A stretch of DNA of 64,000 nucleotides from Selaginella moellendorffii. Lineage: Eukaryota; Plantae; Lycopodiophyta. Location of the stretch: positions 631,764-695,763 of the forward strand of contig NW_003314295.1 of assembly GCF_000143415.4 (NCBI RefSeq). The letters are read 5' to 3'. Below, piece after piece: positions 1-10,954 of this stretch. The number at the start of each line of letters is the position of its first letter. The stretch's first letter is position 1. The notes below the pieces were generated by a model, which was given only the letters and a program-made list of their open reading frames with translations, was not told the origin of the DNA and did not search any database. The position numbers were made by a program, and so were the translations under genes.

Positions 1-550
1 AGACTTGAGTGGTTTTGGTGGACGAGAAGGCTGTTTTCGTGGACTTTTAGGTGGTTTTCTTCGGTGCGAAGAAGCTGGCTGCCATTCGCAAAGCTGGATT
101 CCCCGGCAGCCACGCTGCTGCCGCGAAGAAACTATTTTTTGGAATTCCAAGTCTTTGTGCGGTGGCAACAGTGGACGCCGTGCTCATCGACACCAACACC
201 GTCAACAGTGAAAGAAGCCTGGCGATGATCCTCTTTCCAAAGTACGAGCCAAGTCGACAAGGAATGTGTCGCGCACTTGCGCGGGTCAAACAGCGCACGG
301 GGACCTTTGACACGGAGGACGGATCTTTGGCTTTGGACCGGGCTCCAACACCGCATCGCCCAACCAGTGTCGGGACTCGCCGAGTTCCCGTGCCGGCATC
401 TTTGAACGGATCAAATCCATATCCAAAGCCCAGCCTCTTCCTTTTCTCGTCATTATCATAAAGGAAAAAAGAGAGAACCAGAAAGATCTGATAGATAGCT
501 CCTGGCTAACATTCGCTTGTATAAGAGCACTTTCGCGCGCGCTGGGCGAG

Positions 551-948
551 GCCGACGTGGCGGCGGGCTTTCCACGCGTGCGGCCACGTCGGCATAAAGG
601 CGGAAAGCGCGCGGCGCGAGTCAATGAATGCGAGATGCTTCGTCGCGTGGACGCCGACGGCGACATATCTATCTATCTATCTCTGACACGTCACTTGGCC
701 GCCCCGTAGTACGTGGACGTGTTCTCCTCCCTCCCTTTTGTTGCGTTGCGGGCTCCCGAGATTCGGATTACCTGGCTGTGGCTTGCCTGTCGTCCACGTC
801 AGGCGATATGGCCATCCATCCCATCATCCGGCCCCCATGCGCCCATTGGTCTAGCGTGGGCTCGGCAAAAACGGTTGATGTGGATGATACTGCGCGCCAA
901 AAGTCAGAATGTAAAACGTGCTCGATCGCATTTCATGCAGTGACGTGA
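551..948. promoter_or_regulatory. Cluster of ACGT-core (ABRE/G-box-like) elements, including an 11-bp inverted repeat GCCGACGTGGC...GCCACGTCGGC
   Basis: About 7 ACGT cores in 400 bp (gccgacgtggc, gccacgtcggc, gacacgtca, tacgtggacgtg, ccacgtca, aaacgtgc, gtgacgtg). The target gene is not identified. Confidence 0.4.
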
Positions 949-2536
949 AGTGCCAACTTTTTTTTTTTTGGACCCATTTCTTTCCCTTGCGGCCGTACAG
1001 TATTGGCATCTCAATCAAAGCAGTTGGTCACAACCATATCACGACCAAAACCCCCCCAAGAGAGAATTAGAAACGGGTTTTTGGCCACAAGAAAAAAATG
1101 AGACAAAATGTTTTGGTCATGCGCTTTTTTCGTTGCGTAGCGCCCGAAGTCTAGATGCCCGGTGGACCAGATGATGGATTGTTTTTTTTTCCTTGTGATG
1201 TGTGTGTGGTGTTCTAGAAGCCCGCAAGGCGAGAGGGGAGACCCCGCGTCTATTCTTCGCGAGCGTTGAGCTTCAAAGCAGTTGCCTGTGGGTGGGATTT
1301 TGGGCAAAATCAATTCAAGCCAATCGAGGTTGACACCAGGCACCGCCTTTGTCTGTGTCAACAAGCCCCATCTGGAAAATGGCACCAACCCTTTTCCCCC
1401 TTTCAAAGCTTTTGTGTGGCCGCGTACCACAAGCCCGAAAATGCTGCATGCGCCTCTCTTTCACACGGCAAAAACTACCAAGGATTAGATCCATAGGTCA
1501 CTGAATCTCGTTTCTTTTAAGATGAGATAGGATTAGATAAGGTTAAAGATCACGCCCATGACGTGTGGAGCGAGTGAATGGCCGCCACCTCCGCCACCTT
1601 TGAATCCCCCATTATAAATTTACAGCCAGCCCGTGTGTACTCTCCAACGCGGAGGAGTTTAAACAAAGAATATCCCGGGAAATATATTGCTGTGTCAGTC
1701 AAGGAGCTCTCTCTCTCAAGCAACGAGAAAGAAAAGAAAAGCCTCCCCCAACTCAAAAGCAAACCTAAAAGCTTATCCTCTTATCCTAAAACCGCCAGCC
1801 CGGCAGCAAGCAAATGGGGGGATGAGATCACAGCCAAGATCCCCATCGCGCATCCCCATCCCATCCCATACCACCACACTACCCATTGGATAAGGCCCCC
1901 CGGGCGTTTTTAAAACCCCTCGCACCGACGGCCACGATCGCCCCTGCCCCGGAATGCCCGGCACATCCGACGGCCGCGATGCGCCCCCGGAATGTCGTGC
2001 AAGCCAAGGCCCCCAAATGCTTCGAGCTTATCCAGTGGGCTTGTGAGATCAGACTGACTGGAAAACAAGCCTATCCGCATCATCGTAGGTACGTTAAGTA
2101 AAAAAGCCAGGATTTTTACCGCGGGGGAGGTAAAAAACCGACACCCACGCCTCTATCTTGTGGGGGGAAAGAGGAAAACAATAAAATTAAAACCTCGTTC
2201 GTTGGTTTGGGGGGGGTCCGTGTTATATCATCCACAGCGTGGTAGTGAGATTCGCCCTAAGCGCGGTGTGGACGAAGAAGAGGAGGAGCTCGTAGCGTTC
2301 TCTCCAATCTTCGCCTTTTTATCTCTTCTTGCCCGCCCTCTGTGAGAGTTCTTCGGTTGGAAGGAAGAGGATCTAATCTCGAGTGGGAGCTCCCGCCGGG
2401 CGTTGGTTGTATTCGGCAGAGCTGGGGGATAAGAGGGAATCCACGCTTTGATACCTTCGTTCTCCTCTGGCGGTAGATGATCCTCCAGCCCAGCGCGCGC
2501 ATTCGCATTCCAGTGGCGATTTGGGCGGGATTGGAG

Positions 2537-3251
2537 ATGGAGAGCGGCAGCGATCGGTCGCCAGTGGAGGAGAAGAGTAATGCGCGGGATCATCACCATC
2601 CCCAGCACCAGCTAGGGAAGCTCCAGATGCTGCCGGCATTGCCAAGGATTGTGCTGGTTGTGGAGTCGATTGGAGATTTCCAGGGAAGGCACGCCGGCGA
2701 TGGGGGCGATTCCTCCTCTTCCCCTCGCTGCTCTTCCACGTCCACCTCCTCCATCGGCGCCTCTGATTTGGGCGAGAATGTGGATGAGAGCAATGAGGTG
2801 GAAAGCCCCCTGCGCGATTCGTCCTCGTCGGGGCCCCTGGAGCGCATGGAGACGCTGGAATCCTCGCTGCCGCTCAAGTAAGCAGTGTTCTTCCCCCATT
2901 TCATTTTCCTTGCTCTTCCAAGAAGCTCTCTCCTCATTCTTTGTCTCTTCGCGCGATTCCAGGCGAGGATTGTCGCAGTTCTTCGATGGCAAGTCGAGAT
3001 CTTTCACATCGCTCAAGGAGGTGGCGTCGGCAGCATCGGCGACGCAGCTGCGCAAGCCCGAGTACCCATTCAAGCGGCGGAAGATGGTGATGCACAGCCA
3101 GATGCGCAGCCGCGCCAAATCCTCCTCCAATCTCCGCAAGATGCTGGGCCGCGCCGGGGGCGAGGCGTGGTCGCCACCGAGATTCGTCAGCGTCAGCTCC
3201 TTCCTACCCAGATCTTTCTCGCTCTCCAACATCGTCCACCAAAACGTTTAG
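2537..3251 (+). CDS. OXIDATIVE STRESS 3 (OXS3/MTD1)-family protein, 2 exons
   Basis: Removing the GT-AG intron 2878-2962 gives the family signature [33 protein letters not shown] after a Ser-rich tract (SSSIG). The start may be ATG 2477 instead of 2537. Confidence 0.85.
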
Positions 3252-3276
3252 GGTTCTTGGCGGGATGGAGAATACT

Positions 3277-3304
3277 CACACACACACACACACACACACA
3301 CACA
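3277..3304. repeat. (CA)n microsatellite
   Basis: About 14 CA units directly after the OXS3-like stop codon. Confidence 0.9.
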
Positions 3305-4413
3305 AAGCAAATGCGCTGGTACTCTTTCAAACGTAGCGGTGGACGGCCTCAATTTTGGAAACTTCTCTCTTTCATCTCTTTCCTCTTCCTCTCTTCTTGT
3401 ACAAATACCAAAGCATTTCAGCATTTCCATTCTCTCTTTCTTTGTTCTTGGAGAGTTCTTTGTGATTGTCTCTTGGAGAGTTCTTTGTGAGAGTTCTTTG
3501 TGATTAGGCTCTTGGTGAGTTCTTTTCGTATCATCTTATCGACCAAAGCTCATCGCTTGTCATCGTTTCGCGAGCGTTCGCTGGGTGAAAAACTTGGTTT
3601 TGCGCGTTTTTTTTTTATTCTCTGTTTTTCCGTAGATTTCGAGCACCAAATCCGATCCTGCTGCCCCTCCCCGGAAGAACGAACTGTAGTATAGCAGTAG
3701 CCAACATCACGCAGAATCCAGAGTGCCTTGGAGGGCCTACTCCTCCACAGCACACAAATCACACCATAAACACCGCTGCGCGGCTATGCCTCGGGAGAAC
3801 AAACTCGGCTCCTTTTCCCCGCTTCTTTTCTTTCTTTTTCTCGCTCTTCCTGGGTCGATGAGAGGAGTCCCTGGAAAGAGAAGGATGATACAAAAAAATA
3901 CAAATAAAGTAACGTAGAAAGGAAATCTCGTACCTCGCTTGCGATGATAACATCCGAATCAGTTGCTGTGGTTTTTGTCTGAAAGGCTCTGTGTTCTGGA
4001 AACTTTTCCCTGCTTGTCTCCTGTTCCCGGCTGCTGGCGCTGTTAACGGAGAACACTTTCGCTTTAAAGCCTTTCTTCTTTTTCTTTCGAGTCAGCAGCA
4101 GCGGCAACAGTGGCAACGGCAGCAGCGGCGTTTTGTTTCTCCTTCAAGATTGATGGCTGGAGCGACCTGCGGCAGAAGTGAGCTCAATGAGAGATGCCGC
4201 GGACAGCAATGGCGACGACCACGAGGCCGGAAACCAGAAAATCCAAAGAGCATGACGGTTACCTTCAGCTGAAGTGACGACTGTGTTTTTCTTCTCGTCG
4301 AGTAGCAAATGGCCTGTAAATAGAACGGAAACCGCAAGAAGCAAAATGGCTCAAACTTATTCCATTTCTCGAAAGCATCGAGCTATAAAAGAATAATTTT
4401 TCGTCTTTGGCAG

Positions 4414-5680
4414 TTAATCCAAACCTTGTGCGAGAGTATTAAAATCCGTAACACACCAGTCAGCTCCAGCTGCAACGTTGGGACGCATTTGGACGCCTGC
4501 GAAGCAGATGAAAATATCCGCACCACCGGGCATTCGCGCCTATAAATTTTCACAGTTAAGACAGGTGATCTGGTACTAGAACGACGTAAAACTCACCTCA
4601 AGATCCGTAGCTCCATCTCCGATCATGACCATTCTCTTGTAGCCATGCTGCTGTTATAACGAACGGCAAATATCAGCATAACCGCAAAATACTGTAGAAA
4701 AATGCACGCAAACCTTTTTTATCAGAGCAATGGCAGTAGCTTTACCACCACTCCGTGACGTCGGCTCGTCCTCGTCAAAGCCATCAAATCCTCCGGCGTC
4801 ATCAAACACCAACCGGTTCGCAAAAATGTTTTCTTTAGGAATGCCCAGAAGCACTGCTGCAGGCTGTGCGCACGCACACACGAGCACACGCAAAGTTCTA
4901 GTTCAAAGGACCCAGAGTTTTATAGCACGCGCAGTACCTCGATCATCTGCCTGAAACCTCCAGATACCAGGTATACTTGCGTGCCTCTCGAGTGGACCTT
5001 TTCCACGAGCTCCCGTATTCCTGGCGTCAGTCTATTATATGTAGCACACATAGAGCTCAGAGTCGAGAACTAAAATTCCTTACTTTGGCGGATGGCTGGT
5101 CAGGTACTGGTTCACGACGGACAGAGACGGTCGAAACAATCCTAGCCTTGCAGCTAGTGCTTGTTGAAAAGTCACAGTTCCGCCCATAGCTCTGAAAGAA
5201 AGATACTTAAGTCACAAGAGTACGCAAAAGTTCTTTTCTATTTTTCTTTCTTTCTTACTTGGCAGTCCAGGACGCAACAGCTTCTCCGGCCCCGCAGTAG
5301 CTGGCCAATTCATCTATCCCCTCGTCAACGCAGACTGTGCTATCCACATCGAAGCACACGGCCTCGGCAGTTCTCCACAATTCGAGCACATCTACGCATT
5401 TTTATTTTTTTAATTTTGTTCTCAAGAGATTGAGTGAAAGAATCAGTAGAAAAGAGGGCATACCTCTAGATGGAGCAACAATGGGCTGCATTGTCGAATC
5501 CACAGCTCCTGCTGCCAAGATCGTCCATCGGCCTCTCGACGGCAAAATTTGCTGCCTCTGCCTCAAACTCACAGCAGATCCGGCCTGGAAGAGCTTGAAT
5601 CGCAGCGGCGGCTGCGCGGAAGACGTGTTTGGCAGCCGATTCGCCGGGTGCGCGAGCCGCACCACGGTACCCAGCTCCAT
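4414..5680 (-). CDS. PSP: Phosphoserine phosphatase (SerB-type HAD) with N-terminal plastid transit peptide, multi-exon
   Basis: Spliced exons give AVCFDVDSTVCVDEGIDELA, RAMGG, VYLVSGGFRQMI, IFANRL..EPTSRSGGKA and MIGDGATDLEAR. Stop TAA at 4414-4416. Confidence 0.93.
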
Positions 5681-5765
5681 GATCTAAGCCCCAACATCGT
5701 AAACCCTAATCTCATACAGCGCTTTAAGAGAATCTTTTACATCGTAGCGAAAGAATATCCTATAT

Positions 5766-6184
5766 TCAGGTGTGGAGGTAATTTGCCGCCATCAAGAGCT
5801 CCAGCGTCATCTCGGGCTCGATATGAAACTCGGTCTCTTTTCCACTGCAAGGAAGAACAAAGAAAAAATCCAAGCATTGTGGCAATCGATCGATCAATTG
5901 CTCGCTCACCTCGCAAATTGCAATGACCAGTAGAAGTACTGGCACACTTTCTCGAGAATCGGCGTGCTGATCTCTGGAAATCTCACCTCTCCCAATTCGG
6001 TCTCGGTAAAGCTCCCTAGAATGCCGAGAATCTCAGAGAGGAATTTTCAGTGAATCTCCCGAGGGCTACCTGCGGATGTGAGCATGTTCTTGAGCGTGTT
6101 CGACACGAGCGCGGCCTTTCGATCGATGATGAACTCGAATCCCTCGGCGCTGATGAGCGTCACCGTGTCTTCCTTCCTCACCAT
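5766..6184 (-). CDS. ELOC: Elongin C (SKP1/BTB fold), 3 exons
   Basis: Spliced translation: MVRKEDTVTLISAEGFEFIIDRKAALVSNTLKNMLTSAGSFTETELGEVRFPEISTPILEKVCQYFYWSLQFASGKETEFHIEPEMTLELLMAANYLHT*. It is absent from the ORF track. Confidence 0.93.
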
Positions 6185-6245
6185 GGCAAAAGACCTCTCC
6201 TTCTCCACAAACCCTAGCGAAGAGCCCTAAAAAAGCTTTTGGAAT

Positions 6246-6576
6246 ATGGTAAGATCTTTGGATCGATCGATCTATCGATCTAATGCGCTCGCCGGATCTT
6301 TGCAGTCGGCGCTCTTCAACTTCCAATCGTTCCTCACAGTGGCGCTCCTGGTGATCTGTACGTGCACATTTGTCAAGCTCCAGTTCCCGAGCTTCATGAA
6401 TCGAAAGACTGGGTACGCGGCATTTTTCCATTTCCTGGCTTTGATCTCTAGATCCGACGCTCGAGCTACACAGATTTCGAGGAGTTTTCTGGAAAGCAGC
6501 TCGGATCGGCGAGCGATTGAGCCCTTGGGTAGCAGCAGCGTGTCTGGTAATGGGATTATACATGCTAGTCTTTTAG
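6246..6576 (+). CDS. Protein kish / TMEM167, 3 exons (first coding exon is ATG only)
   Basis: Introns 6249-6305 and 6413-6473. Product: [70 protein letters not shown]. Confidence 0.93.
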
Positions 6577-6706
6577 ATGAAATTTTTTCTTTGGAGCAAA
6601 GCTAGAACACCTTAAAGATTTCCAGCCGAGGATTTTCACAAGAGCTTCCTTCTATCAGGTATCAAACTCTTGTTCTTCTCCATTCTATCGAGAACAAACT
6701 CTTCTT

Positions 6707-7567
6707 TCAGCTTGCCTCCGAGATTTTCACTCCGGATGAGACTGTGGCTTGATCAAGCCCGTGAAGAGCGTCGATAAGTTGGAGCCGGAGAGAGGCCGGG
6801 CCGCTTGCCTTGCTCATGCCGATCTCTCCGGCCAGGCCGAAGAGCGCTAGAGCAAACGCGCAAGCCTCTAGGTGCTGCTCGCGGGGGTAGACCGCTGCAA
6901 ACGCGGCGATGAGAGCCGTGACCGAGCAGCCAGACGCAGTGATCTTCTGGAGCATCGGCACTCCATTGCTCACGCTCACCACTCTCGTCCCGTCCGTGAC
7001 CAAGTCCACCGCTCCAGAGACCGCGACGACGCAGTGATACTTCTCCGCCAGCGATTTTGCTGCTCCGAGAGCCTGGGACGGATCATGGGCACTGTCCACT
7101 CCCTGTGCATTGATCGAACGAAGAGAAAAAACGATTTTTTAGAAGAAGAACCGAGATGGTACCTTGGTGGGCGGAAGATTTGACGCTCTGGACAGCGCAA
7201 GGATCTCGGAAGCATTGCCTCTCACGATCGAGGGGCCGAGAGCGAGGAGCTCGATGCAGGCCGAGGTTCGAAAGCTGGTGGCGCCGGCGGCGACGGGATC
7301 CAGGACCCAAGGCTTGTTGAGTTGCCGAGCTCTCGCTCCAGCGGCCTTCATCGACGCGAGCCACTCGGGCGAGAGGGTGCCGGCGTTGATACACAGAGAG
7401 TCGGCTATGGCGACGAACTCGTCGATCTCGTCGATGGCATGCGCCATCGCCGGGGATGCTCCGGTGGCGAGAAGCGTGTTGGCCATGAAATCCATGGACA
7501 CGAAGTTCGTGATGCACTGGACGAGTGGATTTGCGTCCCTCATCTTGGCCAGCGCCTCCCACGCCAT
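6707..7567 (-). CDS. THIM: Hydroxyethylthiazole kinase (thiamine salvage), 2 exons
   Basis: Motifs PLVQCITNFVSMDFMANTLLATGASPAM, PWVLDPV, VRGNASEI, KGVDS and ITASGCS. Intron 7162-7103. The start codon is uncertain. Confidence 0.92.
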
Positions 7568-7711
7568 CTCCCTGGAGCTCTGGAAGGAACCCACTGCGAG
7601 GAACTAAGAAGAGAAGAAAAATACCTCGTTTCCTCGATCACGATGTTACTATGAGCGTTCTAGCTTTAGCCAGGAAGTTGAAAGACCTGGAAGTGGTATA
7701 GATCACAAGAA

Positions 7712-8205
7712 TCACAGTGGAAGATTGAGGCCTTTGCCGACTTCAATCCCAAAAGTTTGCAAAATGCCTCTTCCCAGGATCTGTCACGAAGAACACTAGC
7801 GTAAAATTTCGACTTAGAGAGAAAAAAACGAAGTTACCAGTTCCACGAGCGTCATTCCGACAATGCCCAGCATCGCAGTACGAGCATTCCACAACTCGGC
7901 CGTGCTTGTGAATCCCCAGAACGCCACTGGAAGCTTGGGATTCTCTTTAGGAAGATCTATCTGCAAGAACGATCCAGGCCAGAATCAAAAGCCTCCAAGG
8001 GAGAGAGAGCACTCACTCCTTTCAGCTTGGGAGAAGCCGCACGAACACACGGCATGGAGCGGCTGCCAGGAACGCCATAGCTGCGAGGAACGAGAATTTC
8101 ATGGGAGCGTTCTACCGGATAAGAGAATACCGACCTTGGATTGCCGCGACGAGAGACCAGCGCGCTTCCAAACAAGCTGCTTGGCGCGATGGCCGCCATC
8201 GCCAT
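7712..8205 (-). CDS. OHP1: One-helix protein 1 (HLIP-like, thylakoid), 3 exons, 126 aa
   Basis: Exons 8205-8017, 7960-7838 and 7780-7712 give a transit peptide followed by FWGFTSTAELWNARTAMLGIVGMTLVELILGRGILQTFGIEVGKGLNLPL*, which contains the LHC ExxNxRxAM motif. Confidence 0.9.
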
Positions 8206-8377
8206 TTCTTCTCCGCCACACACAGCCTATCCCCCGAGGAATTAGGTCTGGAAAGTTTGCTTTAGAGTTTGGCCGGACATTAGAAAGAGTGGAGAAGAAC
8301 GAGCCCTGGAAGAAAGGTGGCGCCTTTACCAGAGAAAAACGAGGGCAAGCATGGCGTTGCTAACCGTTGAAGCATCT

Positions 8378-8387
8378 GCCACGTGGC
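8378..8387. promoter_or_regulatory. Palindromic G-box GCCACGTGGC in the OHP1 / SLT-gene divergent promoter
   Basis: Perfect 10-bp G-box ~170 bp upstream of the OHP1 ATG, with an adjacent ATTGG (CCAAT on the minus strand). This fits a light-responsive gene. Confidence 0.55.
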
Positions 8388-8766
8388 GCGACCGTGGCCG
8401 CCGATTGGCGCTCGATGATGGTAGCGAGAAAGAAAGTCTCCATGGAGAGAAAGAGCTACAGCGCCATGGAAGGGCGTGTAGGCTAGGTTGAGTCCTTGTT
8501 CCATTTCATGCTTGGGGGGATTTTCTCGTGGTATCGATGGCGCATTCTATGGCGCCTCATGGAACCGCTTCGCTTGTCGCTGGAAGGAGGAAGAGGAGGA
8601 GCTCCTGCTAGGGTGTAGGGTTTTACTAGGGCTCCTTCGGTCCAGTGCCTCCGCGCCATCGCCACGGCGAAATCCTCCTTCGGCTGGTCTGTGATTTCTA
8701 TATTTCTCCCCTTTTCTCGCTCGATCGGAGGAAGATTATGGCTCGCGGCGATGGCGTGAGAAGATA

Positions 8767-10843
8767 ATGGTGGGGAAGTTCATCTGTGCCTCTGCCGCTG
8801 CCGCTCCTCAAGAGAGAACTGTGGAGGAGCCACACCAAGGGGCGGTGAGCATGAAGTACTGGGACGATTGGGCCGATCCCCAGGACATGGATGCAATGTG
8901 GTCTCATCCGGAGATCAACAAGGAATGGATCGCTGCCGGAGAGATTTTCGGCAAGAAAGTTCACATGCTGAGGGATCCAGATGGAAGGCCTTATATCACC
9001 CAGACCGAATTGCAGGTGAGAGGAATTCTTTCTTTTGGAGCTCATGCGACTCGTCCTATTTGTTTTGGCAGGCTATCGCAGAGATTCTTGTCAAGAGACA
9101 CTTTAGAGGGAAGATCAGCCAAGTGAGTGTGTTCTATCGTATAGTTTTATCTATTTTTTTTCCTTCCCTTTCTCTTGACAGACCGCTTGTAGGCCATGAT
9201 ATGCGCTATCGCGGAGATTGAAAGCCAAAGACACCCGCTTGCGTATACTTACAATTCCAGGATCAAAGATGTGCTCTGTGGGCTCATGAAAATGCGAAAG
9301 TCTACGGTGGAATGGCTCTCAAGGTACTAAAACATGCTTGGGTAGTGATTGATTCTCGAAAGTTTGCTCAGGGAGAAGGATTATGGAGCATACACCGTGG
9401 ACTGGAAAACGTCGATGCTCTTCAAACCATTTGTTGGAGTATATTATGGTGCTGCGTACTTGAGTTGGCTATCATCGTACGAGGGCAAGTATGTGGTGCA
9501 TGTAGTTTTTTCAACTCACTTTTTTTGGCACTTTGGCAGGAGGAAAACTGAGGAGTTTATTGTCCGCGCCTACCACTCTGGCCCCAAAGATGCCAACAGC
9601 AAACAGTCTTTAGCGTACTGGAATAAGTATCTAAGTGCCAAGCAAAGCCTCCCAACGAGATGGTTTGAGTTGGTATGGCATTGGAACTGCGTTGCTAAAT
9701 TGATTCCGTGCTACAGGGACATTCCAAATCCGCACAACTCTCCACCTCCTGTAGAGAAGGAAAAGCCTTCAATCGGAACGGCGAAAAAGCTTCTCTATGA
9801 AACGTCTCCAGGTCAGAAGATCAGAAGGCTGGCTACATTCAATGGCTGATTCATCAAATCTCGTAAGCAGGTCGCAAATGGATTTACTGGGAGGAAAAGA
9901 CTTCCCCTGAAGATATGTCTGACATGTGGAGGCATCCCGAACTGAGAAAGGAGTGGACAAGAACCGGAGAAAAACCAGGAAAAGTACGCTTCTCGCTCGA
10001 TGGCGAGATGCGACCTCACCTCAAGAAAGTTGAACCTTAAGGTGGGCTGGAATTTTCCTCTTCGAATGTCGATCACACAATGAACTTCATCACGCAGGCT
10101 GTTGCTNNNNNNNNNNNNNNNNNNNNNNNNNNNNNNNNNNNNNNNNNNNNNNNNNNNNNNNNNNNNNNNNNNNNNNNNNNNNNNNNNNNNNNNNNNNNNN
10201 NNNNNNCCAAATACTTCTCCGACAGGGGAATGAGTCCGGTAAGAAGGTTCTTTACGACATTATCTTGACTCGGACTTTTTCCAGGCCATGCTTTGTACAA
10301 TTGCCGAGATTAGCAGCAAGCGACTGCTTTTCGGGACCGATACAGGAATCATGCAGACACCATTTTCCACAGCTGCGTGGCTTTACACGTAAGTTCCTGT
10401 CGAAGTTTCCAATCTAAGTTTCCAGAACTTTTTTTGCTTTCCAGGAACCTTGGATACAAATCATACAAGCTAAAGTCCGCGGAGGACCTGACAAAGCCAT
10501 TCGTGTCAATGTATTTCGGTGCGGCATACGTGTGCTGGCTATCAACACACGGCGGAAGGTATCCATCCTCATCTTTTTTGCGTGGCTTACCCGCGATCCA
10601 ATTTTGTTCTTCCTCTTGACAGGACAAGAAGCGATCAGTTCATTGTACAATCCTATCGGGGGGGGCCACAGAAAGTCGAGAGCTCCGAAGCTGGACCCTT
10701 TTGGCTCAAGTACATTGACAATCTTCCCCAATATCTCACAAACCACAAGTAAAAATCTCTTCTTTTTACTCGCAAGACGAATTTTTAACTCGCGTCTCTC
10801 TCTCACTTTCAGGACCCGTCACGCTGCCTGCTGCATCCAGTAA
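8767..10843 (+). CDS. Plant lysozyme-like/SLT transglycosylase-domain protein with two tandem domains and a C-terminal CaaX-like end
   Basis: Two repeats: YWDDWADPQDMDAMWSHPE...AMICAIAEIES...KPFVGVYYGAAYLSWL...FIVRAYHSGP, and YWEEKTSPEDMSDMWRHPE...AMLCTIAEISS...KPFVSMYFGAAYVCWL...FIVQSYRGGP. The protein ends ACCIQ*. It spans an N gap and has an apparent +1 frameshift at ~10035. Confidence 0.8.
10107..10206. other. Assembly gap (100 N) inside an exon
   Basis: The flanks read AVA...KYFSDRGMSP. By comparison with repeat 1 (AIAEILVKRHF), only a few codons are missing. Confidence 0.95.
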
Positions 10844-10954
10844 GAAAATTCACACGTTGTGTAAATTAATGCAAAAGCAACAAAATGGGGGGTTTTTGAT
10901 AAAGCGGTTTAGGGTTTTAGGGTTTAGTTTGTTTCTAGGGTTTAACGGGCAGCG

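Noticed and set aside
1-470. Overlapping ORFs downstream of the ACGT cluster
   Set aside because: No recognisable motif or consistent splice pattern in any frame, and the locus may extend outside the window.
3500-4340. Short ORFs and splice-like sites between the OXS3-like gene and PSP
   Set aside because: I could not assemble a convincing reading frame or recognise a family.
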